Origin: the human T2T-CHM13v2.0 reference genome, Homo sapiens
Direction: 5' to 3' (one strand)
NCBI RefSeq assembly: GCF_009914755.1
Contig: NC_060932.1
DNA length: 64,000 nucleotides
In this document: one piece after another, positions 47,300 to 61,819 of the stretch
Layout of the letters: each line of letters begins with the position of its first letter
Numbering within the stretch: position 1 is the stretch's first letter
Notes under the pieces: generated by a model
Databases searched by the model: none
What the model was told of the DNA's origin: nothing
What the model saw: only the letters and a program-made list of their open reading frames with translations
Program-made: the position numbers and the translations under genes

Positions 47300-48440
47300 T
47301 ATTCTCAGGGCCCAGGCCAAGAGTATAAAAGGAGGCCCACATGCCATATGCTTAAATATTAAAGTTTATAAATGCAAACCACTTAAATAAAAATGAAAAT
47401 GTAATGGTTTCTTTGAAATGCAAGTAAACCTATTAAATAATTTTGTGAAATTAAAACTATTTGGAGTTCTAGCATTTGCTATTCATCTTATTGCAAGGGT
47501 AAATAATGGGTATCACCCTTCACGGGAGACAGCAGTGATAAGCCTTTAGCAATAAACGAAAGTTTAACTAAGCTATACTGACCGTGGTGGCTGGCATGAA
47601 ATTGACCAACCCTGGGGTCACGCATTTTACATCCAACATGTATTTAAATTCAAGAGTAAAATGAATTGTTTAGTATTCATAATGTTCCTCAGACACTATT
47701 GGGAGTTCTTGCTAGTATCCTGTTTCATGTTAGGTTGTACATATCTCCAGAACCACAACTGAAATACAAGAAAAACCAAAAATTGGGCACTAGACATTTC
47801 TGAGAAATATAAACATCTATTGTATTAATGTGAAGAGGTAGGATTTGACAGATTATAACGCTTCTTTCCTCTTAGTTAAGCACTTAATCCACTCAAACCA
47901 ACCCTGCAATTCAACACAGTGATGTCAGCGGTGGCACAGCTTTCAAATCTTTATGGACTCTGAACAGAATTGCCTTTCCTTTCTAAAGTATCTAGCAAGA
48001 TACGCTGAAGTGTTTCCTTCAGTGGCATTCATCAAAGAGCAGATGTCAGCAATTTCAAGTGCTGTTATGGGGCTGTAGTGAGTATCAGATCCCAGAGAGG
48101 GGCCCAGAGAGAGGTTTTAACAAATGTAGCAGTGTTGCTGTTACCACTGGTGTTGGATTTGTGTTATGAGGGGTACTCTGAAGCATGAGTTTCAGGGTAG
48201 ACATCTTTCCTGCTCAGGTCTAAGAACCATACTAGTCCCATGAATAAGCAATTCTCAGATGGCATCTTTTGTGCTTGATTCTACACTCAAAATCCTCTTA
48301 GAGAAAATTGACTTGGCTACCCTCATATTCTGCTTAAGTCTCTGGATTCCAGTTTTCCTCCAGGACTTGTTCAGGAAATTTGCACTATCTGATATTCCTT
48401 AATACATTTACAAAAGATTTTGAAAATACTTTATTCTAGA
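47300..48440. mobile_element. Possible hAT-Tip100 (Zaphod/MER115-like) DNA transposon relic hosting the NUMT
   Basis: gggcccaggccaagagtataaaaggaggcccacatgccatatgcttaaatattaaagtttataaat resembles recalled consensus; right boundary uncertain. Confidence 0.45.
47514..47622 (+). pseudogene. MT-RNR1: NUMT: nuclear copy of a mitochondrial 12S rRNA fragment with an internal inversion
   Basis: cacgggagacagcagtgataagcctttagcaataaacgaaagtttaactaagctatact matches 12S; 47580-47618 reverse-complements to accccagggttggtcaatttcatgccagccaccacggtc, the next 12S segment. Confidence 0.93.
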
Positions 48441-48603
48441 TTGTACCTTATTTTATTGGGAGCACTCATCTCAGTAACGTTGTTCTTTTTTTTCACTATC
48501 TAATTTAAATTCTTTCCAATTTGGCTTCTCTATCTCCACCCTCCAATCCCTCACCAACTCAGTTAGGATGATTATTGCAAAAATCACTAAAGCCCTGCAT
48601 GTT

Positions 48604-48910
48604 GGCCGGGCACGGTGGATCACATCTGTAATCCCAGCACTTTGGGAGGCCAAGGTGGGTGGATGGACTGAGGTCAGGAGTTTGAGACCAGCCTGGCCAA
48701 CATGGTAAAACCCCGTCTCTACTAAAAATACAAAAATTAGCTGGGCCTGGTGGTGGGCACCTGTAATTCCAGCTACTCAGGAGGCTGAGGCACAAGAATT
48801 GCTTGAACCCGGGAGGCAGAGGTTACTGTAAGGTTGCACACCAGCCTGGGTGACACAATGAGACTCCATTTCAAAAAACAAACAAATGAATAAACAAAAA
48901 AACACCAAAA
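48604..48910 (+). mobile_element. Alu (AluS-like)
   Basis: Alu dimer with short right-arm deletion; TSD core catgtt. Confidence 0.95.
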
Positions 48911-49634
48911 ACCTTCATGTTGCCAACCAGTAGATATTTTATTAGATTGCTTAACTCTCTGATATTTCTTGTAAAATATGCATTCTCAGTATTGTTTGCC
49001 AGCTCCCTCTAGTTTACAAAACCCTGAATTTCTTCAGGGCTCGGCCTTTGACTTTTTCTCCTCTGTCTCTGCACTCTTCCATATATGAGCTTATGAATTG
49101 CTTTGACTTTAAGAATAATTTACATACTAATGCATACTAAATTTTAGCCCCAAATTCGACCGTATTCACAGTATCAGCAAATTCAAAAAGAAACCTTATA
49201 TGATTTTCTCAAGACATTAAACATTTTTTTGTGAAATCCGACCTTCATTCATAATAGAATTCTTAAACTAGAAGTAAAACTCCTTCATCTCAGAGAAATT
49301 GACATGAAACCAATAGCAACATCATAAGCTGAAACAAAGAAAGTATATGTGTTGTCACTATTTCTAGTCAGTATTATATTGGGAGAAGAAGATAATGAAT
49401 TAAACATGAGGATTGTTGGGAAAGAAAGTGAAGAGCAATTGCATAGAAATAAAATATGATTTTATATGTATAATATCTAAAAGTCATACCTAAATTATTA
49501 GAATTAATAAGAGGATTTGTTTATAACAGACAGTTAACCATTGAAGCAATATAGAACAACAAATTCTATTTATTATAGCAATAAATACAAATTTAGAAAT
49601 TAAGAGTAATAGCATTTATACAATGTAAATTTTA

Positions 49635-49932
<298 letters not shown>

Positions 49933-50832
49933 TTAAGACTAATAACATTTATACAAAGTAAATTTTAAAAGATACTATTCACATGTAACATCAAATAATA
50001 TGACCAAGCAGGAAAAACCTTTCAAATGTGTGCAAGACTTCTATGGAAAAATTATGAGTCATTAAATGTTTCTGAGAGATATCAAGGAGGAAAATCTAAA
50101 TAGAGGAAGGAATATAACCTATTGATGGCCTGGAAAACCCAGTAGCTATTGTTATTGTTTTTGCTTTATTTTAGGATATCATGAGCTTACTGTAAGAATA
50201 ATATGGAAATGCAATTGCCAAGTAAAGTGAAGACATGCTTAAAGAAGAGAATCTATTCAGGATAACTTGCTCTACTTGATTTCAAGTCTTATTATAAAAC
50301 TACAATAAAAAAACTGCTTTTCATTTGCACTGGGAGAATACAATGGAACTGAATAGAGAACTTTTGTACTTGGCCATAAATATGTGATTATTCAATATAT
50401 GACAGAATTATACTTTTTAAGTATTGAATCTTAGAACAATTGGATTTCCATTTGGACAAAAGAAATTTGCTTCTTGCTACAAACCATGCAGAAAACATCA
50501 GCTCTAGGTGGGTCAACAACCTAAATATAAAAGACAAAGTATAAACATCTTATTGATATAAAAGAATGTGACTTAGTAATAGGGAAATATTTATTAAATG
50601 AGAGTCAAAAAAAAGGATTGGTTGACAAATTGAGCTAATTGGAAATTAAGTATTTACATTAATCGGAAGACAGCATTTACAGAAAGAAAATGCAAGCCAC
50701 AGAATATAAGAAAATATTTGTGACACATAACTAATTGGTCAATAATTATTATGCAAAGTATATGAACAACTCCTACAAAACTTATAAGAAGAATGCAGAT
50801 GACCCCATTTCAAAAAATGATTGAAAAATGAG

Positions 50833-51118
50833 AGCCTGTCGGGCGTGGCAGCTCATGTCTGTAACTCCAGCAGTTTGGGAGGCAGAGGTGGGTGGATCAC
50901 TTGACCTCAGAAGTTAGAGACCAACCTGGGCAACATGGCAAGACCCCGTCTCTACAACAAATACAAAATTAGCCAGGTGTGGTGGGGTGCACCTACAGTC
51001 CCAGCTACTCGGGAGGCTGAGGCAGAAGAATGGCTTGAGCCCAGGAGGCGGGGGTGGCAGTGAGCCTAGATCACATCACTGCACTCCAGCCTGGGCGATG
51101 GAAGTGAAACCCTGTCTC

Positions 51119-51157
<39 letters not shown>

Positions 51158-51159
51158 AA
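50833..51159 (+). mobile_element. Alu (AluJ-like) with (TAAA)n tail
   Basis: Alu dimer, gcttgagcccagg, (taaa)n. Confidence 0.93.
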
Positions 51160-51627
51160 GCAGGCACCTCACAAAAGTCAAGATCAAAATGGCCAATAAA
51201 CATTTGAAAATGTGTTCAACCTCACTAATAATCAAGAAATTGTTGATGAAAAATGACAATGAGATACTACTACATATCAACAAGATCGGCTAAACCCAAA
51301 CATTCTGTTACTGCTAATGTGGGCAAGGATACATAACAAAAGAAAAAGTCATACTATTTGGTGGGAATATAAATTAGTACCAGCACTTGAGAAAATTTTT
51401 GACGATATCTTCAAAAGTCAAATATATGCATATCAAGCAAAGGCATCCTTAAGTAGAAACTTACACATATATTTACTAGAAAATGTGTACTCATATGTCT
51501 CTAAAAAAATAGGATTAGTGTTACATTGAAAAAACTCAAAGTGTACATTTGCATTAGGATGAATAAATGTACCTTGCTGAATAGCAATACAAATAAATAA
51601 CTAAAGCTCCCTGTAGTGATATTTGAT

Positions 51628-51838
51628 CAAGAGTCATCAAACTATGATCCTCTGGGCCAAACAAACCTGCTGTGACCTATTTTTGCATGGCCCACAAGCT
51701 AAGAATGTTTTTACATTTTTATAGCTTAAAAAACAAACAGACAAGCAAAAAAAAGTATGTGTTAGAAAACGTAGGTAGCCTGTAAAGACTAAAATATTTA
51801 CTATTTGGTCCCTAAAGAAAAGGTTTGCCAGTCTTTGA
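51628..51838. mobile_element. MER58 (hAT-Charlie)
   Basis: caaactatgatcctctgggccaaa...aaaatatttactatttggtccctaaagaaaaggtttgcca. Confidence 0.8.
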
Positions 51839-52503
51839 CACAGACAAATGTCAAAAACATACTTTTGATCAAAAGAAATAAGACCTAAGAAAGAATACAG
51901 AATTGTATCAGCCATAGAAAGTTCAAACTCAAGGAAAACTAAGTTATTTTGTTTCATAATTAATATAAGTGGTAAAACTACAATAAAAAGATAGAAGGTG
52001 CCTATCATAAAAGTCATACTGTAATTACTACTAAGGAAGAAGATGAATGTTATCACTGGGATAGGAACATGGGAATTCAGGGTCTTGGCAATAATGTTCC
52101 ATTTCTTGACCTGCAGGCATTCCCTTTACACACGAGTGCACATATACATGCACACACACACAGCATTTTTTGGTAAATATGTTTATTTCACAATAGCTGT
52201 TTTCTGAAGAGTAAATCAGACATTTGGTTCTTTCAAGGCATGCTGAAATATGTGAGTATCTTTCTGCTACAAATACAAAGAAGTGCTTGGTAATATGTAA
52301 TACAAATAGTTTAATATATAATTGACCTAAAAAGAAAGAAGGTAAAATTCCTAGATGCCAGAGACAACAGAGGAAAACCTTGAGGAGTGATGCCATGGTG
52401 GCCTAGGAAGGAACTGAATCCTGGTACAGGTCTTAATTGCCAGGGATGGGGTGATGACGCCTGTGAAGAGGTGACAAGAGGTACATTCAAAAAGGCAATA
52501 TTG

Positions 52504-52802
52504 GGCCGAGTGCGGTGGCTCACGCCCGTAATTCCAGCACTTTGGGAGGCCAAGACAGGCGGGTCACGAGGTCAGGAGTTTGAGACCAGCCTGGACAACA
52601 TGGTGAAGCCCTGTCTCTACTAAAAATACAAAAATTAGCTGGGCGTGGTGGCGGGCACCTGTAATCCCAGCTACTCAGGAGGCTGAGGCAAGAGAATCGC
52701 TTGAACCCAGCAGGCGGAGGTTGCAGTGTGCCGAGATCATGTCATTGAACTCCAGCCTGGGTGACAAGAGTGAAACTTCGTCTCAAAAAAAAAAAAAAAA
52801 AA
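52504..52802 (+). mobile_element. Alu (AluS-like)
   Basis: Alu dimer with A-tail. Confidence 0.96.
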
Positions 52803-53962
52803 AGAGAGAAAAAGAAAAATGGAAACCCAACCTATTCTACAGCCAAATGAGGAGGAAAAGTTGGCATCAATATGTATTCCCAAATGAAGATAGTCTTGTG
52901 TCCCGACTTATTAAGCAAACAGAAAATATTTTTTATGGGAGTATTTTTTACCCAGTGTGTGTGCGCACACACACACACCCACACACACACACTCCTCCTG
53001 AGTAAAAGAGCACATACAAAATTACAAACCACATGAGAAAATAATCTGTCATGAGAGAGAATCTGATTAACAATAAACCCTAGGCATATGGTCTCAAGAA
53101 CTCAAGTAATACAACAATCATAAATTGTGCTTAAAATTGTTCACAAATAAAACCATGAAATAAAATTATAGTAGACAACATTTTAGAAATAATATTTTAA
53201 AAGAAAAACAAAAAGAACATTAAAAATGAAAATATACTCATTGAAACTAAATACTCAGTGAGTTAAACATCATGTTGCACACAACTGAATAAAGAATTGT
53301 GAGCACAACTAAATAAAAAAATTAGAGAATGGAAGAGTAGTCTGCTGAAATTGCTACAAGAAGTAATAATTCAGTGAGATAAAGCAATGGAAAATGTAAA
53401 GGAAAGATTGAGCCATGGTGAGTAGAATAAAAATAACCGACATATGTCTAAATAGGAGCTGTGGAGGAAGAGAATAGGGAAACGTTTGGTGAAAAAAATA
53501 TACAACATGATAAATGGCTAGGAATTTTCAGAGCTGATGAACAACTGTTAATCTTTACAATAAGGAATGATACCAATTCCTGAGCTGGATAAATAAAAAT
53601 AAAAATTAATGAGATGCATCATAGTGAAACTGCAGGGAAAAGGAGAAATAGCATAACTCTCAGAAGCAATCAGGTAGAAAAAGATTACCTACAAAAAAGG
53701 AACAGATTGTCAATTAGATGTTCTACCAGCATACAGAAAATAGAGAAAATTGATTAGTATTTTGAAGTTGCTAAGAAACATAATGTGAACTTAGACTTCT
53801 ATGCCCAGTTAAACCCTCAAAAGTCAAATATATTTTCACACAAATGCTAACTTTGCCACCCATATATCTTGCTGAAAGACACAACTGTTATTTATTTTTA
53901 TTTTCTGTTACAGCTGTTATTTAATAGCTATTTTTAAATAAACTTATGTCCAGATAAATGTT

Positions 53963-53998
53963 GTGTGTGTGTGTGTGTGTGTGTATGTGTGTGTGTGT
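53963..53998. repeat. (TG)n microsatellite
   Basis: Read directly. Confidence 0.95.
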
Positions 53999-55039
53999 AA
54001 AGTGAATGCATGCAGGCCAAGAAATGGAATATATGAGGTGTGTTTCATAAAGATAAAAATTGAACCTAAGAAGGAAGAAATAGAAAGCAAAAATGAGTGG
54101 TTACAAAATAAATCAGAAACATGTGAGTAAATCTAAATAAAATTATTATAAAAATGAATAATAATTAAAATAATATCCAATGGGTGGGGAGTAAAACAGA
54201 TGTAACTAAAATACTATACAACAATAATATGGAATATGTGGACATTCTACAATTCTTCATTGGCCATGATAAAACCTTGCTAATTCAGGTATGCATTTTA
54301 ACATTATATCAGACAAAATAAAACATCTTTTAATTTGGTGGAAGGAAACAAAGCGGAAAGAAATTCTAATCATCCAACGGAAGGATGATTGAGAAAAAGA
54401 GGAGAAAAATAATTAAGAAATAGCATGAAAACAAAAAAAAAACTTGTCACGTAAATAATTCCAAATATATCCATAATCTCAATAAACAAAAAAGATAAAG
54501 ATCCTCTAGTTGGATAAACAAAAAGGCAAGTTATATGTAATGTTTAGGCATTACACAGAAAGAATATTAATAAAAAATGGGAAAGGTATATTAGGCAAAT
54601 GCTAATCTGTGTAAAGCTGTTAAATGATGTAGCAATACTAATGCCATTCAATTAAATTTAAAGGTATAAAGAAATATTAATGATAAAGACAATCATGGAA
54701 ATTACTGTAAAATTATCTAGAAAATGAAGTAATACTAAATCCATCCTCCTCTAACAGTGTAACCTCAAAATGTATAAAGCAAAAAAAAAAAAATCAGAGG
54801 GAAAATTGTTCAAATAAAATCATAACAAGATTCTAGCTCACCTGGCAGAAACAGAAAAAGGGAAAAATGAAAAACATAAAAACATTAAAGAGCACAATTG
54901 ACAAATTTGCTCAAATTGTCATACAAAGGCCAGTACCCAACAATTAAGGTACTCATTACTTTCTAGCAGAATAGAATTTTGATAACCATAGACCATGTCT
55001 AAACATGTGCCAGAATTTAACCTGGTACAGACAACATTT

Positions 55040-55170
55040 AAAAAACTACCTACTGGGGTGCACTACTCAGGTGACACATACACTAATATCCCAGACTTCG
55101 CCACTATACAATTCACCCACGTAATAAAAAAACTACTTGTACCCCTACAGCATTGAAATAGAAAAAATTT
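55040..55170 (+). mobile_element. Short L1PB4/L1MA-type 3' end stub
   Basis: cccagacttcgccactatacaattcacccacgtaat...cttgtacccc. Confidence 0.75.
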
Positions 55171-56695
55171 AAAACAATAGCAAACCCCTCAAAAGCACAT
55201 TACAAAAATACCTCCCAAAACAATAAACAATTTGTATTAAGATTTTAAAATTTGATTATTTGGGTATTTCATAAGTCAAAGAGAAATTCAGAATGGATAT
55301 TAAAGAACTGAAAAACATACAGAGAACTGAAAAACTACATATTGAAACTCAAGAGATGCAACTGAAATAACGCTTCCAGAGTCTGGGAGCCTGAAATGCA
55401 CACATGAACAAGGGACACGATCAAAAATAAGGGATCTATTTGTTCAACTTATGAAGTAGGAGAAGACTCAGAGGGTAAACTCCAAGAAAGGAAAGAGAAA
55501 TAGAGGAGAAAGACAAGCGCAAGGAAAACAAAGAGGATCGACAAAACTCAAAGCTGATTCTTTGAAAAGATAAAAAGTGTAGGTAAATCCCAGTGAGAGA
55601 GACAGACAGGCAGACAGACAGAGACAAAGAGACAGAAAGATAATAGAAAGACAGATGATGGAGCAAATAGTTTTAGAAAAAAAAATGAGTGATTATTAAG
55701 TAAAACTTACACCAATACATTTGAAAACTTGGAAACATGGACCATTTTTTAGGAAAATATAAATAAAAATGACAAGGATAAATAGGTAACTTGATTAGAA
55801 ATTACGTCATTAAAGTTGTTCAATTGATTCTCAAATTATCTACTTATTTCTTCTCTCCCCCACTCTTAAAAAAATATTCTAACTAGAAGGTGAGTAAAGA
55901 CAATCTTAACACAATGTATTTCAGGAAATGGGCCAAGAGAAGAAACTCCCCAACTCACTCTATGAAGCTAGTGTAATCTCAATTCTGAAATTTGACCAAG
56001 AACTTATCAAAAGAAAAAATTGTAGGCAATCTTATAAAGGCACACAAATAAAACAATTATAAACAAAAATTAGTAAACGCTATTGAATCCAGCATTTTTT
56101 TTTCAGTGAACAAGGAGGGTATATCCCAGTAATTTATAAATAGTTTAACATTAGAAAATCTGTAACTATAATTCAGCACTTAAAATTTAATGATTAAAGG
56201 AGATAAAATGTGATTACCTTTAAAAATATAAAAAGGTATGTTAAAATGTAATATTCATGACTTTTTAAAAAAAGACTCTTAAACTAGGCATAAAATGTTA
56301 GTAAAGCTTATTATGCAAAATCCTAAATTGAATATTGAATATTATACTTAATGGTCAATTAGTAAAGTATTCCCTCTAATGCAGAGAAAAAGATAAGGAT
56401 GTCTGCTATCAGTGCTTTCTTCACAATTGTACCTACAGTCTTAGCCAGCCCAATAAGATAGGAAAATGTAAAAAAGTGAAATTTGGAAGAAACAAATGAA
56501 CATCTTTCAAAGATGACATGGCTATCTTCATCGAAAAGAAAGAAAATGCACAAACTATTACAATTAGTAAAAGTGTATCAACGTTACTGGATATAACAAT
56601 AACATTTTATGATGACCATAAAAATTTGAAAATATTTAAAAAATATGATTTAGCAAATCTTTTCCATGATAGCAAAAACAGCATATGGAAATATA

Positions 56696-57012
<317 letters not shown>

Positions 57013-57499
57013 AGGGAATATAATTTAGAATAGTAGAGAATAAACTTCATGGAAAAAATATAAGAGGATTTTTAAAACGACAAAATATAAAATACAAAAG
57101 TGATATAATACATGTTCATGTATGAGAAGATGAAATATCTTCAATATAATTCTAACCACTACCCCACAGTGGTTTGTTTGTTATTTTGAAAGGAATTTAA
57201 CAAATGTATACTAAAATTAGTATGAAAGAATACAGGGCCAAGAATTGCCAAAACTACTCTAAAGAGGGAGAAGAGAAGGTGGACTAAACACTCCAGATAC
57301 AGCATTTATTATAGGGCTATTAATTAGGACAGTAGTGTGGTATGGATGCAGAGAGAGACTAGAACAGACACTTGAATATGTAGAGGCTTGTTATATGAGG
57401 TGGCTTATGGCTGCATCATATATATTGTTGGAGTAATTATCCATTTATAATAAATTAAATTAAATTTGGACCTCACATGATAACAATGCCAGCAATAGC

Positions 57500-57735
57500 A
57501 ATACTAATAATAACTAGCATTTACTGAGTACTCACGACACGTCAAGAATTGGTTGAGTGAATAAATGCTTTATGTATTAAATCATTTAATCCTCTCCACC
57601 TGCCAATGGGATATTTTACAGATGAATAAACTGAGTCTTGAAAGAGGCAGAACTTGCTCACAGTCACATAACAAGTAAGTAGAAGAACCGTGCTTTGTAT
57701 ATGGGCAGTGTGGCGGCAGAGCGCTGGCTCTGAAA
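57500..57735 (-). mobile_element. MIR
   Basis: attttacagatgaataaactgag...aacttgctcacagtcacata. Confidence 0.75.
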
Positions 57736-59419
57736 CACACACTACAGCATTGCAATGCAAACGAATGCAAGGTCATCACAGTGAAAAACAACTCTGAAAA
57801 GCCCAGGAAATAATTTTAGGGCATTTTAAGTTAGAAAAAGAAAATTCTACACAGATATTTATAAAATTATCAACATAAACAAGAAATGTCACACAACAGT
57901 CTGGAAATGATGGTGCTGTCTTAGAAGGAAGAGGGATGAATGGGATGGGGAGGGAGATTTAAGTCTTTCTTTGATATTTTCTTCTTTGAATTGATCTGTG
58001 ACAAGTATGGAAAAGATGCTATTTGTTTTATCTGATTGGTGGATACTTGTGTGCCTCTTTCTTTTTTTATATATTTAACATTTCTTAAATGTTTGTATTT
58101 TTATAAAGCAGATGCAAAGTATGTATTTTTAAGGAAGAAGTTGGAGAAAAGGAAGACAGAATAGAACGCTTTTAAGACATACGTTTCTGTGTATTTTAAT
58201 GAAGCTGCAGGAGCTTGAGAACTAGATAAAGTCACCTACAACTTCTGCTTTCTCGGTTTTCTTCTTCCAGATAAACACTAATGTGATAAAATGACCTGAA
58301 ACAATCCATTCTGAGACATTTGTATCAAAGTCTGGTTATCATCTGGGGCATCTATTGCTTTGCACGTTGCAGGTCCTCAGTAAATAGTTGTAGGTTGAGC
58401 CATTTACAATCTGGTATTAAACCATAATAAACCAAATTAAGCCATATTAATTCAGAAAATGCCTAACAGGTGTTCCTTTGATGCAAAATTGATTTCCTGG
58501 GTATAATGTGAGGAAAAGAAGGCTGGGGGCTTCAATTTCACTCTTTCTTTGTAGCAAAACAGATGAGAAAGTTCGTGCAAACTGGCTTTAGAACAGCTTC
58601 CTAGGAACGGCTTGGGTATTTGTTTACTCTGAAAGCATTTCACTCTCTATTCACACGCTTTGGTAACGTCTCTCCTCTGCTAGCTTCGGCTAACCTTGGA
58701 TGCCCTTTCCCTCTGTTTAGAATTCCACAAAGATAAATTTCCATTTCAAGCACAGCCTCCTGCTTCTGACTAAAATTGTTCCCATCACTCGCAGCCGTTT
58801 TCCTCCTAATGGGGCTTCCATTTGCTCTCCTCAGGGCATTCTCTAGTCCCTGAAGCCAGCTTGCAGAAAACACAGCCTGCTTCTCTTCTTTTCTTTTATA
58901 TTCATGATTATTTGGAATGGAACTGGGTTGAGACACTTGGAATCTAGATTCAAGAAAGTTCCCAATTTTTCTACCATCTTTGGCTCATTTCCTAGAATGA
59001 GGTTCTGTGGATGCGCCAGGTGATTCAGGCTGTATTGTCGACGTTGCTGTTGTTTTTCAATAAATTATGTAGAAGGCACTTCTGCCCTAGCTCTAAAAAT
59101 CAGGTTTGCTTTGGTACTTTTCTGCTCTTCTATGAAGTCCATTAATATTAATCAATATCTTATTTGGCCTAATTCCTAGATGTTTGAGAGTCTTTTTCAG
59201 TTATGAAAATATTGCTTAGTCAACATTCTAAAATGTCTGAGAGGCATCTAGAATCATCCTAAACTTTGAATTGCCCTCTTGATTAATGTTCTTATCCAAA
59301 TGATCTTTGTGAATGCCAATATATTATAATTTCCCTCTGCAAGTTCTTAATTTGAATTTAACTTTATTTGGCTCATTGAATGGGCAATCTCTTTTGCTTA
59401 AATGTATTTTGTATGTGTT

Positions 59420-59840
59420 TTTTTATTTGCATAAATGTGAAGGATGTAAATGCAATCTTGTTACATCGACGTGTAGTGGTGAAGTTTGGGCTTTTTGTGT
59501 AGCCATCACCTGAGTAGTGGACTTCATACCCATTAAGTAACTTTTCATTACTCACTCTCCCACCTTCCAAGCCTTCAAGGACTATTATTCCATTATTTAG
59601 CTCCCACTTATTTGTGATATTTAACTTTCTGCTTCCGAGTTATTTAACTTAAGATAAGGGCTCACAGTTCCATCCATGTTGCTGTAAAAGACACGATTTC
59701 ATTATTTTTTATGGCTGAATAGTATTCCATTGTGTATATACACCATATTTTCTTGATCTAATCATAAGTTGATGGACACTTAGGCTGGTTCCACATTTTT
59801 GCTGTTGTGAATGTGCTGTGATAAACATATGAGTGCAGGG
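59420..59840 (-). mobile_element. L1MA/L1PB4-type 3' end
   Basis: gtagtggtgaagtttgggc...cagttccatccatgttgctg...atggctgaatagtattccattgtg. Confidence 0.88.
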
Positions 59841-59905
59841 CCACCTAGACCACCACTCTATTTTACAGTGGCAACCCTGATGTCTATGATATTTGCAAAG
59901 ATCTA

Positions 59906-60362
<457 letters not shown>

Positions 60363-60724
60363 CTAATAGAATGTTACAGTACTTACTCATTTTTGTTTTG
60401 AAATTGTCCATAGTCCCCCCCTCTCTCCACTGTAAACACAGGGCTTTTGCTCTCACATCGTCCCCACCTGTGTTTTCCCAAACATTTAAGTTTTCTTGTC
60501 TAACTCAACACTGATGTCCAAAAGGAAAATTCCAAGTTGAATAAGATATGTTTTCTAACATACAAGAACTCAGTCTACTGATAGAGAGAGATGTGTCACA
60601 AATAACTACAGTATATTAAACTCTGTATGAGAATTTTGGACAAAACTGTTGGATTCTAACTTTGCATCCAGGTGCCAGGAAGGGCACTCAAGAGGGACAG
60701 TTGAATTTGGTCCAAGGCCGTAGC

Positions 60725-60930
60725 AAAGTTAATGAATTTTGGAGTCAGACAGGTCCACTTGAGCTGTCAAGTTTATTAACTGTCTGAACGTATAAGAGTT
60801 TATTTTTATTTCTAAACCTCAGTTTCCTCACTGCCCTGATCACACTTGTCTCAGAAGATTGTAAGAATTAAATACAAGAATATGTATGGCACAGTGCCTG
60901 GAACATGGTAGACACTTAATAAACCTTAGT
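60725..60930 (+). mobile_element. MIR
   Basis: ttggagtcagac...cctcagtttcctca...cacagtgcctggaacatggtagacacttaataaa. Confidence 0.75.
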
Positions 60931-61819
60931 AGTTAAGTGACATTATATTCTGTTATATGTTAAGTCTTTTTTAGGCAGATAGATAGGCCTTTGCTTTAGC
61001 AATTGTGTATCCAGTGAAACAGTTCATGCACATTTATGTCATGTTGAGGACGAAACAATAAACTAAGTGTTACAGGTAACTTAGTGCTTAGCAAAGAATG
61101 AGTTAAAATTTTACTGGGCTTAAATTTACTCAGATGAGGGTTCCTTTTGCTTGCTGAGGAGTTGAATTTCATTCTGTTCTAACTGAAGCCTAACATTTCT
61201 TTTTTTAAAATGGGAAAGTAGCATAATCTACATTACAGTCAGAGGTCTATGTGGAGATGGATTGCAGTGTGACGATGACGAGGATTTGTAGTCCAATTAG
61301 CAAGCTATGGCAATAGTCCAAGCAAGAGATAATGAGCTTACAAATTAAGTCACTGGAATTGGAGAATAGGCCCAGTTATGGCATTTTTAAGTGATGGGAT
61401 CAATAGATGGGAAAGAACTAATTGTTTATGTGCACATGTGCCTAAAAGGTGGTACCTCTATTACATTATAGCCTCCTCTACTTGGCTACCAAAAAATGTT
61501 ATATGGGCCAAAACTGGGATGTCATCAGCTCAAACCAATGATACAGATTTCAATTGTTAATTAATTGCCCAAAAATATTTATTTTGCAGGAGGTTTTATG
61601 GCCATTTCATTTTGAGAACTCAAGTCTTGGATTGGAACTGAGGATATGTAATAAAACCTCAAATAGATATAAATGTAAATTTGTGTACGTATATATTTAG
61701 GTGCACATATACATGTGTTCGTGCGCACATGGGTGTACGCACGCACACACACATACACACATTTTTCTTTACTCTGTCCAGTGAGAGTTTCTTGGAACAC
61801 TGACATTGTTAATAGGAAC

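Noticed and set aside
47514-47622. Functional rRNA gene or contaminating organellar/bacterial DNA
   Set aside because: Only about 110 bp, internally inverted, shows CpG decay and is embedded in nuclear sequence
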